A stretch of DNA of 64,000 bases from Candidatus Scatosoma sp. (GCA_045660225.1 JAZRDK010000077.1:7528-71527), one strand, 5' to 3'; counted from the first letter of the stretch, positions 1-9,063 are shown. Program-made: numbers and translations. Notes: generated from the sequence alone by a model not told the origin.

Positions 1-1983
1 TGTTTCCCTTGCACTATCCGCAACGTTGATAATAACGTTTCTAAGCGTACCCGTTGCCGTCCAGCTGTTGTTGACAATCGTCGTATTTGAAGTCGACCAA
101 CCAGAATCATACCAAGAACCGTACTGACCAAGACCAACACCGCTGTCGTTAAACCAACCGCCGATCGAGTACATATGTACGTAAACGTTTTCTACCAAGC
201 CGTTGACTTGTTCGGAAATTACGGATGCACCGCTGGTTACAACTGCGTTGTTGGACGCTACGTTTCTAAGCACGCCGTTTGCACCGATAACGTCGATAAA
301 CGCCGTCGCTTTCGTCGCAAGACCGTTGATTGCATAACCACAACCGTCGAAGATACCTACGAAACCTTCCGAGTAGGACGCGTCGTCATCGCCAGCCTTT
401 CTATCCATATCGTAGTTCCAAACGTAGAGACCGCCGTTGTCGAATTTGTTCGTGGTGTTCAGCGTGATGTCTGCGCCAAGCTTGAAGTAACCGCCCCAAG
501 CCTTGCCGTTGTAAGCGCCGTCCGCAGGAAGGTCTTCTTCGATTGCATCGGCAACCGGAAGGAATCCCTTCAATTCGTCAGCCGTCGTAATCACGTTGGT
601 AATCAAATCAACGTACACTTTAATTTCGTGTTCCGCTTCATCCGCACCGGAAACGATAAGGGACACGTATTGTCTGCCGTATGCGTTGCCGAAGATGGTT
701 GCAGGAAGGCAGAAATCCGAATCGCTAAACGATTCTAAAACGGATTCGCCGTTGTAAAGAATATCCTTAAGTTCTTCAACGCCAACCGTACCGTCAAAGT
801 ATTTTTCATCAAGGGCTTCCTGGATAAACCATACAGCCGTCGTTTCTGCGCCAACCTGTTCAATACCAAGGTCGATTTCCGTAACCGTATCGTTGGTTAC
901 GTCAAACGTTTCGAAAACGTGACCGCAAGCACAAGCTTTTACGTCAAAGCCTGCGTATTCGCCTTCGCCTGCCGTCCATTCTGCTTCGTCCGCCGTCAAC
1001 GCGTGGTTATCAGCGTCCGTATAATCGTTACCGCAAACGGTACAAGGTTTCGCTTCCATACAAGTCGCGTCGCCCGTACAATCTTCAAGCGCCGTTTCAT
1101 AACCGCAGTCGCAAACCTGCTTGTGCTGGTTTTCTTCCTGCACGTAAGCATATTCGTGCGCCGTCTTTTCGCCTTCTTTACCGCAAACGCAAACGTTCCA
1201 GTGTTGCGTTTCGTCGTAGTCGGGCGTTACGTAGTCGTGCGCACCGCTTTGCGTTTCGTTACAACCTGCGCAAAGGAAGGAGTGCGTTTCACCTGCGTCG
1301 GTTACTTCGTTTTCACCGGGATAGTGCGCGAGTTTATCGCCGTATGCCGTTTCGCAAACGGTACAAACCGCAGCCGCCGTACAGGTTGCCGTACCACCTG
1401 CGCAATCTTCCGTTTCTACGTCCGCACCGCAACAAGCGTTTTCTTTCGTGTGCGTGCCGTCGCCACCCGAAACGTAGTTGAACGCCGTGGATTCGTGGTT
1501 GGTCGCGTCGAATTCGCCGTAGGTCTGTTCGCAAACGGTACAAACCGCCTTCGTTTTACACGTCGCTTCGCCACCTTCGTGCCCTTCCGCTTCGCCGTAC
1601 GCCGTTTGACACTTGTCGCAAACCGCCGCGTTTTCACAATCCGCTTCACCGCCTTCGCAGACGTCGTATTCGTTCTTAACTACGTTACAGCAAGCGTATT
1701 TCGTCGTATGCGTACCATCGCCGTTGGAAACGTAAACGTATTCCCCCGTATGTACGTGCGCAGACGAGTCATCGCTGGACGCATCGTCGCTGGACGCATC
1801 GTCGCTGGACGTAGCGTCGCTAGACGTAGGCACTTCGCTGGACGCGGGCGCTTCGCTGGATGCAGGAGCTTCTACGCTAGAGCCGTCGCTAGACGACGAA
1901 CCATCGCTGAAACATCCTACAAAACAAAATGTTGATAATACAAGCGAGCAAGCAAGTATCAAAAACGTTTTCAGTTTCTTCAT
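1..1983 (-). CDS. Lipoprotein, N-terminal 661 codons (the gene runs off the left edge). It has Cys-rich repeats followed by a module paralogous to the 3733-aa protein.
   Basis: The minus frame is open from ATG 1983 (GGAGG 8 nt upstream) to base 1, so it is absent from the ORF track. My translation gives MKKLKTFLILACSLVLSTFCFVGC (lipobox) and an SSDDA-type linker. Next come four G-x-A-(T/D)-C-x4-(V/P)-C-x2-C-x3-Y units plus several CxC pairs. It ends with LITNVITTADELKGF, WGGYFKLGADI and GFVGIFDGCGYAINGL. The plus-strand ORFs 175..738 and 919..1935 are antisense shadows. Confidence 0.8.
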   Translation of the reverse strand, partial: MKKLKTFLILACSLVLSTFCFVGCFSDGSSSSDGSSVEAPASSEAPASSEVPTSSDATSSDDASSDDASSDDSSAHVHTGEYVYVSNGDGTHTTKYACCNVVKNEYDVCEGGEADCENAAVCDKCQTAYGEAEGHEGGEATCKTKAVCTVCEQTYGEFDATNHESTAFNYVSGGDGTHTKENACCGADVETEDCAGGTATCTAAAVCTVCETAYGDKLAHYPGENEVTDAGETHSFLCAGCNETQSGAHDYVTPDYDETQHWNVCVCGKEGEKTAHEYAYVQEENQHKQVCDCGYETALEDCTGDATCMEAKPCTVCGNDYTDADNHALTADEAEWTAGEGEYAGFDVKACACGHVFETFDVTNDTVTEIDLGIEQVGAETTAVWFIQEALDEKYFDGTVGVEELKDILYNGESVLESFSDSDFCLPATIFGNAYGRQYVSLIVSGADEAEHEIKVYVDLITNVITTADELKGFLPVADAIEEDLPADGAYNGKAWGGYFKLGADITLNTTNKFDNGGLYVWNYDMDRKAGDDDASYSEGFVGIFDGCGYAINGLATKATAFIDVIGANGVLRNVASNNAVVTSGASVISEQVNGLVENVYVHMYSIGGWFNDSGVGLGQYGSWYDSGWSTSNTTIVNNSWTATGTLRNVIINVADSARET

Positions 1984-2150
1984 AATTATACCTCCGTTTG
2001 GTCTTTATCAATAAGGACGTTCTTCGTCTTATCTCCAAAAATAGCCTTTCCCCCACCCTTTCGGCGTATACGTATACGCGCCTGTGTGGGTACAAATTTA
2101 TTATACAAGATATTTTTTTACTTTTCAATGACAATTCCTGCTCAAAAACA

Positions 2151-2179
2151 TTGCATTTTCTGCAAATATGTGTTATACT
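2151..2179 (+). promoter_or_regulatory. Sigma-70-type promoter placed for a leaderless AraC mRNA
   Basis: TTGCAT (2151-2156), a 17-nt spacer ending in TGt, then TATACT (2174-2179). ATG 2186 lies 6 nt after the -10 box and no Shine-Dalgarno sequence is present. Confidence 0.55.
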
Positions 2180-2185
2180 ATCCGT

Positions 2186-3001
2186 ATGAAACGACATTTA
2201 CGACAAAACTACGACGAACTGTTTATGAGTTACGGGCGGATTAAACAACCGCGCTCATCGATAACGTATTCGTCACATATCCACAACTACTACGAATTGC
2301 TCTACTTCTACGACGGCGACGCAGACTTTATTATCAACGGCGCAATTTATCATTTGCAAAAACACGATATGATGTTGGTCAAACCTGCAGTCTACCACCA
2401 TGTTCGTATCCTTTCTTCGCGCCCGTACGAACGTTTCGTTATCCATTTCCACGAAAGCGCGCTCCGCAAGGACTTACTCCCTATCGTCCGCAATATGGCA
2501 ACCTTCTATCGTATCGAACCGAACGAGCCGATTCGAAAAATCTTTGACTACGCGCGCGATTGTGCAAGTGCTTTCGAAAAAAGCGAGTATTTGTATTTGG
2601 CGGAATGTTGTCTTAACAACGTCTTGACCAACGTCAAATACTTACAAAAACCCGCTCCAAAAGAAAAGGAAGACGTCGATTCGAATTTGGAAAAGATTCT
2701 TCTTTATATTGACGAACATCCGACGTTGCCCTTGAATATCGCACACCTTTCCCAGTTGTTTAACTTAAGCGAGTCGTGGATTGCCCACGCCTTCAAAAAA
2801 CATCTCGGCGTAAGCCCGGCGCATTACATAAACCGCAAAAAAATCGTGTATGCGCAGTCACTCATTGATATGGGTATTTCCCCTGTACAGGCGGCAGAAG
2901 CGTGCTCGTATATCAACTACACCACCTTTTATCGTCAATATAAAAAATATTTGGGCATAGGCCCTTCCGAACGAAGAAAGCAAACTCTCGAACAAGAATA
3001 A
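2186..3001 (+). CDS. AraC family transcriptional regulator
   Basis: N-terminal cupin-like half (YYELLYFYDGDADFIINGAIYHL). C-terminal double HTH (LSQLFNLSESWIAHAFKKHLGVSPAHYINRKKIVYAQSLI ... YINYTTFYRQYKKYLGIGPSE). The track ORF starts at 2168; I prefer ATG 2186 because of the promoter geometry. Confidence 0.85.
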   Translation: MKRHLRQNYDELFMSYGRIKQPRSSITYSSHIHNYYELLYFYDGDADFIINGAIYHLQKHDMMLVKPAVYHHVRILSSRPYERFVIHFHESALRKDLLPIVRNMATFYRIEPNEPIRKIFDYARDCASAFEKSEYLYLAECCLNNVLTNVKYLQKPAPKEKEDVDSNLEKILLYIDEHPTLPLNIAHLSQLFNLSESWIAHAFKKHLGVSPAHYINRKKIVYAQSLIDMGISPVQAAEACSYINYTTFYRQYKKYLGIGPSERRKQTLEQE

Positions 3002-3205
3002 CAAAAAAACCGACGGTTTCTCGTCGGTTTTTATCGTTCAACGCGTACACGGGTACGTCTTTTGCTTTTATTGATAGCCAAAATCGCCCGTGAAAAGAAG
3101 CCCCTGACACTCCGCCATTATCAATGGCGGACTTTGCCAACAAGCGTTTCCTTTCCCTTGTTCCACACGGCAAAGCGTTTTGTTCTCACAAAACGGCTCC
3201 CACCC

Positions 3206-3219
3206 TCGAGCCCCAGCGG
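3206..3219 (+). other. 14-nt fragment identical to the T-arm/acceptor part of tRNA-Arg, in inverted orientation
   Basis: The plus strand reads TCGAGCCCCAGCGG, which equals the sense sequence of the minus-strand tRNA-Arg (complement of 3413-3426). Confidence 0.6.
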
Positions 3220-3235
3220 AATTCCGTTTTATCCT

Positions 3236-3272
3236 AAAAAAAGAGAAGCTCGACAACGTGCTTCTCTTTTTT
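3236..3272 (-). terminator. Rho-independent terminator downstream of the tRNA-like element
   Basis: AAGAGAAGC / GCTTCTCTT stem flanked by an A-run and a T-run. Confidence 0.7.
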
Positions 3273-3377
3273 TGGTGTACCCGCTGGGGAATTCCGATAC
3301 CCTTGACAGGGTCCCTCGGAAAGCGTCGGGCTGTGCCCTCGCGCGAACCCGTGGTTTCTCGCCAATCCAGCGGATAC
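3273..3377 (-). ncRNA. 105-nt tRNA-like element sharing both ends with the adjacent tRNA-Arg; no canonical cloverleaf
   Basis: The minus strand starts GTATCCG and ends CCCCAGCGGGTACACCA, i.e. 7 nt and 17 nt identical to tRNA-Arg. The ends can pair over 11 bp. The interior (GGATTGGCGAGAAACCACGGGTTCGCGCGAGGGCACAGCCCGACGC...) did not fold by eye into D, anticodon and T arms. It has its own downstream terminator. Confidence 0.4.
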
Positions 3378-3380
3378 AAA

Positions 3381-3404
3381 AAACACCCCGTAGAAGGGGT
3401 GTTT
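3381..3404 (-). terminator. Terminator hairpin directly after tRNA-Arg
   Basis: AACACCCC / GGGGTGTT stem with a T-run on the minus strand. Confidence 0.7.
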
Positions 3405-3480
3405 TGGTGTACCCGCTGGGGCTCGAACCCAGAACGTCGGCGTCGGAGGCCAATATTTTATCCAATTAGACTACGGATAC
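3405..3480 (-). tRNA. tRNA-Arg (anticodon CCG)
   Basis: Minus strand: GTATCCGTAGTCTAATTGGATAAAATATTGGCCTCCGACGCCGACGTTCTGGGTTCGAGCCCCAGCGGGTACACCA. It has a 7-bp acceptor stem, a CTGGG/TTCGAGC/CCCAG T arm, anticodon loop CT-CCG-AC and an encoded CCA. The D stem is weak (GTCT/AAAT). Confidence 0.8.
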
Positions 3481-3666
3481 GTTTTACACAACCTATTGTA
3501 CAAAGTTTTTTCGGCTTTGGCAAGCGTTTCGGCGCGCGCTTTTGCCTTTTCCTTGTATTTTCCTTGAAAATATTGTCGTTTTCTTTTTTTGAGCGCGCTT
3601 TTCGCTTTCATTTTTTTTATAGCTGTGCTATAATACTTTCAAACACGAAAAAAGGAGATTTTCGAT

Positions 3667-4752
3667 ATGGCAAAAACCGTCGTCGTAGGCATGAGCGGTG
3701 GCGTGGACAGTTCCGTCGCGGCATTGCTTTTGAAACAACAAGGCTACAACGTAATAGGTCTTTTTATGCTCAACTGGGAAGAAAACGACGAAAACGGATG
3801 CTGTACCGCGGAAGACGATTTCGCGGACGTGAGAAGGGTTTGCTCGCTGATTGATATCCCCTATTACACCGTCAATTTCGCCAAAGAGTACATGGACAAG
3901 GTGTTCTCGTATTTCCTTGCCGAATACAAAGCAGGGCGTACGCCGAATCCCGACGTTTTGTGCAACCGAGAAATCAAGTTTGGCCCTTTCTTGGAAGAGG
4001 CGAAAAAGTTAGGCGCGGACTATATCGCGACGGGGCATTATTGCAAAATTTTACACGACGACGGCGTACATTATTTGCAAAAAGCCAAGGATAGTAACAA
4101 GGACCAAACGTACTTTTTGAACCAACTTTCGCAAAATCAGTTGAAAGACGTTTTGTTCCCCTTGCAGGACATGGAAAAACCCGAAATTAGAAAAATCGCG
4201 GAAGAGTACGGACTTGCCACCGCGAAGAAAAAGGATTCGACGGGCATTTGTTTCATCGGCGAACGTAACTTTAGAAAATTTCTCAGCTCGTACCTGCCTG
4301 CCACAAAAGGCAAAATTTTGGACCTTTCCGGCAAACAAGTGGGCGAACATATCGGCTTGATGTATTACACGCTTGGTCAACGCCGTGGATTAGAACTTGG
4401 CGGTATGAAAGGCGAAGAAGAAGGCGGAAGATGGTTCGTCGTAAAAAAGGATTTGCAAAATAACGTCCTGTACGTTTCGCACGGCGACGAAGCGCCTTTG
4501 TACTCTAAATCCTGCGAAGTTTCTTCTTTTAACTGGATACCCAAAAAGCCTGCACAAAAGGAATTTGCCTGCACGGCGAAATTCCGCTATCGCCAACCCG
4601 ACCAAAACGTGTTTGTTTCCGTCCGTGAAAACGGAAATTTGCATATCCAGTTTGAAGAAAAACAGCGTGCCGTTACCGAAGGTCAGTACGCCGTCTTGTA
4701 CGACGGTATCAACTGCCTGGGTGGTGGCGTCATCGAAAGCGCGGAATATTAA
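3667..4752 (+). CDS. mnmA: tRNA 2-thiouridine(34) synthase MnmA
   Basis: PP-loop [28 protein letters not shown]...KDQTYFL and a C-terminal beta-barrel region. The RBS is AAAGGAG. Confidence 0.93.
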   Translation: MAKTVVVGMSGGVDSSVAALLLKQQGYNVIGLFMLNWEENDENGCCTAEDDFADVRRVCSLIDIPYYTVNFAKEYMDKVFSYFLAEYKAGRTPNPDVLCNREIKFGPFLEEAKKLGADYIATGHYCKILHDDGVHYLQKAKDSNKDQTYFLNQLSQNQLKDVLFPLQDMEKPEIRKIAEEYGLATAKKKDSTGICFIGERNFRKFLSSYLPATKGKILDLSGKQVGEHIGLMYYTLGQRRGLELGGMKGEEEGGRWFVVKKDLQNNVLYVSHGDEAPLYSKSCEVSSFNWIPKKPAQKEFACTAKFRYRQPDQNVFVSVRENGNLHIQFEEKQRAVTEGQYAVLYDGINCLGGGVIESAEY

Positions 4753-4766
4753 GGGGTGTAAAAATT

Positions 4767-5630
4767 ATGCACTTTTTCCCTTTTTTGTTGGCGCAAACGC
4801 CCTTTGAACAATGGGTAGTTGCCTTGTCCAAAGAGCAAGACGTGCCACCCATGTACGGGTCGTACCATCTGTTTTGGCTGGGTGTGGTTGCCGTAAGCAT
4901 ACTTGTCGTTTTCCTATTCGGCAGACTGTGTTCGCGTCGACACGACGGCGTTTTTCGCGCTTTCACCCTGCTTTTGGGTGTCGCCTTATTGCTTTTTGAA
5001 GCGTATAAACAACTCATTTATTCGTACAACGCAAGCACGGACGAGTGGAAGTATCTTTGGAAATATTTCCCCTTCCAGTTTTGCTCGACGCCGATGTACG
5101 TCTTGCCCGTAATCGCTTGCTTGAAAGAAAACCGTTTGCGAAACGCGCTGTGTTCGTATTTGGCGACGTACGGTTTCGTTGCAGGGCTTGTGGTTATGTT
5201 GTATCCCGAAACGGTGTTTAGTGTATCTATCGGCGTCAATATCCAAACGATGTTCCACCACGGCTCGATGCTCGTCTACGCGGTATACTTGCTCGCGTCC
5301 AAACGCGTTGCGCCTACGATAGAAACGGTGCTTAGCGCCTTTCCCGTCTTTTTCCTGCTTTGCTCTATAGCAATGGCAATGAACTTGGCTTACGGCGACG
5401 GCGAGAATTTTAATATGTTTTTCATCGCCCCCGACGCAATGCCACCCGTCCCTATCTTGGAAAAAATGTTTTCCAACCTTCCCCACGGCGTTTATCTATT
5501 TTCCTATCTCGTATTTTTCACGTTTGCTTCCTGTTTGGTTGCGTTGATTGCCCGCGTATTGACCCCGTCGAAAAAACGGACAAACCGCAAAACCAGTCGT
5601 TGTATCCCCAAAAACACGGCAAACGAATAA
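4767..5630 (+). CDS. Polytopic membrane protein, possibly YwaF/TIGR02206-like
   Basis: Around seven hydrophobic helices. The pattern FPFQFCSTPMYV ... LYPE ... FHHG resembles that of the membrane protein at 26749..27714. The family call is from memory only. Confidence 0.5.
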   Translation: MHFFPFLLAQTPFEQWVVALSKEQDVPPMYGSYHLFWLGVVAVSILVVFLFGRLCSRRHDGVFRAFTLLLGVALLLFEAYKQLIYSYNASTDEWKYLWKYFPFQFCSTPMYVLPVIACLKENRLRNALCSYLATYGFVAGLVVMLYPETVFSVSIGVNIQTMFHHGSMLVYAVYLLASKRVAPTIETVLSAFPVFFLLCSIAMAMNLAYGDGENFNMFFIAPDAMPPVPILEKMFSNLPHGVYLFSYLVFFTFASCLVALIARVLTPSKKRTNRKTSRCIPKNTANE

Positions 5631-5649
5631 ACGACGATTTTACCGCTAC

Positions 5650-5681
5650 GGCGCGTGCAGTTTTGCACGCGCCCTTTCTTT
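5650..5681 (+). terminator. Rho-independent terminator
   Basis: GGCGCGTGCA / TGCACGCGCC stem followed by CTTTCTTT. Confidence 0.7.
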
Positions 5682-5758
5682 GAAAGGAACTTGTATGCAA
5701 AATCTTCGACTTGAATAAGATAATGCTAAATTTGCCGTCAAATTATTAAGATATTCTA

Positions 5759-5787
5759 TTGCAATACGGCAAAGAAAATGCTATAAT
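5759..5787 (+). promoter_or_regulatory. Sigma-70-type promoter for the isomerase/oxidoreductase operon
   Basis: TTGCAA, a 17-nt spacer (ending TGc), then TATAAT. It lies inside the N-terminal extension of track ORF 5759..6721. Confidence 0.6.
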
Positions 5788-5860
5788 CAAAAATGGCGAT
5801 GCGTTCGCTGAAACAAGGCATAGCGTTGCGCTTTGGTTTTCCAAAAATTTTGTCAACGTT

Positions 5861-6721
5861 ATGATAAGTCAAATGATTAAATTGTCTGCGTTTTCCGACG
5901 AAGCGGGAAACAGTATCGTAGAACAAATCGACGCCGTAAAAAGAAACGGTATCCCTTATATAGAACTGCGTTCTATCGACGGCAAAAACGTCGCAGATTT
6001 CACTTTAGAAGAAGCGAAGGCGTACCAAGCCGAGTTTGAAAAAAACGGCGTTGCGGTATGGTCCATCGGCTCGCCTTTGGGCAAAGTAGACATCGACGTC
6101 GATTTCGGCGAATATGAAAAAAAGGTGCGCCACGTTTGCCAGCTTGCCAACGTGTTTAAGACGGACAAAATTCGTATGTTCAGCTTTTTCAAGGCGTACG
6201 AAAAACCGGAAAAGGTGTACGAATACTTGCGTAAGATGGTAGAAATCGGCGCGGAATACGGCGTAAACATGCACCACGAAAACGAAAAAGACGTCTTCGG
6301 TGATTCGGCAGAGCGCGTGCTTTCGATTATGGAAAACGTGAAGGGTTTGAAGTTTATTTACGACCCTGCCAACTATTTACAATGTGGCGAGCCGGCGGAA
6401 AAAACGATGGATATGTTCCACGCAAGAACGGACTACTTCCACGTCAAAGACGTCATCGCCGACACGGGCGAGCTTGTCCCTGCAGGCCACGGCGACGGTC
6501 AAATTCAGACGATTATCGAGCGAGTGAAAGGCGACAAGGTGTTCACGTTAGAACCGCACTTGATTGCGTTTGATTCGTACAAGAGCATCGACGACACGGA
6601 AATGAAATTAAAATTCGTATTCAATAGCAACGCGGAAGCATTTGACGCGGCGGTAACCGCGATGAAAAAATTGCTGGCGCAAGCAGGATATAAAGAAATT
6701 GACGGAGGTTTTGAAAAATGA
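5861..6721 (+). CDS. Sugar phosphate isomerase/epimerase (xylose isomerase-like TIM barrel)
   Basis: KLSAFSDE..., IPYIELRS, HHENEKD, IYDPANY, HVKD and LEPHL. The start is uncertain (ATG 5861 or 5873, neither with a clear SD); the TTG at 5759 is rejected because a promoter sits there. Confidence 0.75.
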   Translation: MISQMIKLSAFSDEAGNSIVEQIDAVKRNGIPYIELRSIDGKNVADFTLEEAKAYQAEFEKNGVAVWSIGSPLGKVDIDVDFGEYEKKVRHVCQLANVFKTDKIRMFSFFKAYEKPEKVYEYLRKMVEIGAEYGVNMHHENEKDVFGDSAERVLSIMENVKGLKFIYDPANYLQCGEPAEKTMDMFHARTDYFHVKDVIADTGELVPAGHGDGQIQTIIERVKGDKVFTLEPHLIAFDSYKSIDDTEMKLKFVFNSNAEAFDAAVTAMKKLLAQAGYKEIDGGFEK

Positions 6722-7491
6722 ACGCTGGTTTGAACTTATTTTCGATAAGAGACCTTATCCAAACGGAAGACGCATTTTTAGACACGGCGAAAAAACTGAA
6801 GGAAATGGGATATAGCTCGTTGCAATATTCCGGCGCACCCTTCGACGCGCAAATCATCAAGCGCGTAAGCGAAGCGACGGATATGCCCGTCGTACTCACG
6901 CACGTACCCATGCAACGCATCCTTGAAGAAACGGAGCAGTTGATGGAAGAACACGCGCTGTTCGGGTGCAAGAACATCGGGCTTGGTATGATGCCCCTTG
7001 CAGACATTGTCGACGCAGACAAATTCAAGAAAACGGTCGAGAATTTGAACGTCGCAGGCGAAAAGATGCAAAAGAACGGCTTTAAGTTCTTCTATCATCA
7101 CCACCATTACGAGTTTATGAAGGTGAAAGGCGAAAACGTTACCATCATGGATTATATGCTTGATAACGCGCCCTATATCAATTTCACCGCGGACACGCAT
7201 TGGCTTCAGCGTGGCGGTGTAGACGTTTGCGACATGCTGAAAAAGATGCAAGGCAGAGTAGGTTGCGTGCATTTTAAGGACTATCAACTGCTGTGCAACG
7301 AAGAAACGGGCGTATGTGAAAGCCATTTCGCACCCGTCGGCGACGGCACGTTGAACTTTAAGAAGATTGCGGAAACGGTCAAGGAAATCGGCACGGAACA
7401 CGTGCTTGTTGAACAGGACGACGCTTGCAAGTTCCCCAACGCTTTGGAACTTGTTGAACGCAGTATCAAATACATCAAAAACGAATTATAA
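6718..7491 (+). CDS. Sugar phosphate isomerase/epimerase (xylose isomerase-like TIM barrel), second paralog
   Basis: ATGA overlap with the upstream gene. Motifs FYHHHHYEF, VHFKD, GDGTLNF and HVLVEQDD. Confidence 0.75.
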   Translation: MNAGLNLFSIRDLIQTEDAFLDTAKKLKEMGYSSLQYSGAPFDAQIIKRVSEATDMPVVLTHVPMQRILEETEQLMEEHALFGCKNIGLGMMPLADIVDADKFKKTVENLNVAGEKMQKNGFKFFYHHHHYEFMKVKGENVTIMDYMLDNAPYINFTADTHWLQRGGVDVCDMLKKMQGRVGCVHFKDYQLLCNEETGVCESHFAPVGDGTLNFKKIAETVKEIGTEHVLVEQDDACKFPNALELVERSIKYIKNEL

Positions 7492-7509
7492 TAAAAGGAC
7501 GATAAAGAC

Positions 7510-8685
7510 ATGGAAAAAGTAAGATACGGTATTGTAGGTCTCGGTAACCAAGGCTCGAACTACACGAAATTGTTCGTGGAAGGCAAAATCGAAAACGGCG
7601 TTATCACCGCCTTTTGCGACGTCAACCCCGCAAAAATCCAGGCGATGAAGGAAAAAGAAGGCACGCCTGCTGACGCAACCTATTTCAGCGATTATAAGGA
7701 AATGCTTGACAGCGGTCTTGTAGACGCGGTGCTTGTTGAAACTCCGCACTACGACCACCCCACCATCGTTATCGAGTGCTTGAAGAGAAATATCCACGCC
7801 CTTTGCGATAAGCCTGCAGGCGTGTACACCAAGCAGGTGCGCGAAATGAACGAAGTGGCAAAAACGAGCAAGGCACGCTTTGGTATGGTATTCAACCAAA
7901 GAACGAACTGTGTGTACAGAAAAATGCGCGAAATGATTGCAAACGGCGACATCGGCGAATTGCAACGCGTAAACTGGACGATTACCGACTGGTTTAGAAC
8001 GCAGTATTATTACGACAGCGGTAGCTGGCGCGCAACCTGGCAAGGCGAAGGCGGTGGCGTACTTATCAATCAATGCCCCCACCAAATCGACCTTGTACAA
8101 TGGGTCGTAGGCGAAATGCCCACCACCGTACGCGGTTTCTGTCAATACGGCAAATGGCACGACATCGAAGTAGAAGACGAAGTAACGGCGTTCTTCACCT
8201 ACAAAAACGGCGCAACGGGCGTATTCATCACGACGACGGGCGAAGCGCCTGGCGTAAACCGTTTCGAAATTTCGGGTACGAAAGGCAGACTCATTTGCGA
8301 AGACAACAAGCTTATTTTCTACAAGAACAACGTCGATTCGCTTGAACACTCGAAAACGACTACGTCGCCTTTCGAAAGACCCAAGTTCGAAACCATCGAA
8401 GTCGAACTGGACGGCAAAAACGAACAGCACGCAGGCATCATCAACAACTTCAGCAACGCGATTTTGGGCATTGAAGAACAGTTTGTTGAAGGCGTTGAAG
8501 GTATCGCTGGCGTCGAGCTTATGAACGCTATCGAGCTTTCGGGCTGGTGCAACGGCAAGGAAATCACGTTGCCCGTCAACGAAGAAGAATACTTAACGGA
8601 ACTCAACAAACGCCGTGCAACGTCTAGATTGAAGGTTGCAGACGACAGCAAGGTTTCGGACACGAGCGGTTCTTTCGGCGTATAA
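7510..8685 (+). CDS. Gfo/Idh/MocA family oxidoreductase
   Basis: N-terminal Rossmann motif RYGIVGLGNQGSNY, and ALCDKPAG (an EKP-box variant). Confidence 0.85.
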   Translation: MEKVRYGIVGLGNQGSNYTKLFVEGKIENGVITAFCDVNPAKIQAMKEKEGTPADATYFSDYKEMLDSGLVDAVLVETPHYDHPTIVIECLKRNIHALCDKPAGVYTKQVREMNEVAKTSKARFGMVFNQRTNCVYRKMREMIANGDIGELQRVNWTITDWFRTQYYYDSGSWRATWQGEGGGVLINQCPHQIDLVQWVVGEMPTTVRGFCQYGKWHDIEVEDEVTAFFTYKNGATGVFITTTGEAPGVNRFEISGTKGRLICEDNKLIFYKNNVDSLEHSKTTTSPFERPKFETIEVELDGKNEQHAGIINNFSNAILGIEEQFVEGVEGIAGVELMNAIELSGWCNGKEITLPVNEEEYLTELNKRRATSRLKVADDSKVSDTSGSFGV

Positions 8686-8705
8686 CAAGGTTTATTTATA
8701 TAGAA

Positions 8706-8737
8706 AACCGCGCTCTCAAAGAGAGCGCGGTTCTTTT
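8706..8737 (+). terminator. Rho-independent terminator
   Basis: AACCGCGCTCTC / GAGAGCGCGGTT stem followed by CTTTT. Confidence 0.8.
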
Positions 8738-8825
8738 ATTTTATGCTTAGTTTTAGCATATTGAATACAATATTGCAAGCCATATGAAATCATTAAAAAT
8801 TATGAAATAAATGCGTTTGTATCAA

Positions 8826-8882
8826 ACAAAAAGGATACCCGTGTTGGGCATCCTTTTTTGTTGGTGCTCGTGGCCGGACTTG
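8826..8882 (-). repeat. Duplicate of the last 21 nt of tRNA-Leu(TAA) plus its terminator hairpin
   Basis: About 54 of 57 positions match 9028..9084, including TGGTGCTCGTGGCCGGACTTG. No tRNA body follows. Confidence 0.85.
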
Positions 8883-9027
8883 TTCCTTTAGCGGAGACGC
8901 CCCGACAAACGATTATCAATCGTTTGGTTTGCCCACAGGCGTTATTTCGTCTTTATCGCCACAGGCAAACAAATTCCTCCCGCAATTTTCTCCCCCCCTC
9001 AAGTCCGTCCAAATGCGTTTGAATCTA

Positions 9028-9063
9028 ACAAAAAGGGATACCCATGTTGGGTATCCTTTTTGT
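9028..9063 (-). terminator. Terminator hairpin after tRNA-Leu(TAA)
   Basis: GGGATACCCA / TGGGTATCC stem with flanking A and T runs. Confidence 0.7.

Noticed and set aside
3300-3345. RNase P RNA-like string CCTCGGAAAGCGTCGGGCTGTGCCCTCG.
   Set aside because: It only loosely resembles the GAGGAAAGUCCGGGC core. The surrounding non-coding space is too short for a 350-400-nt RNase P RNA, and it lies inside the tRNA-like element.
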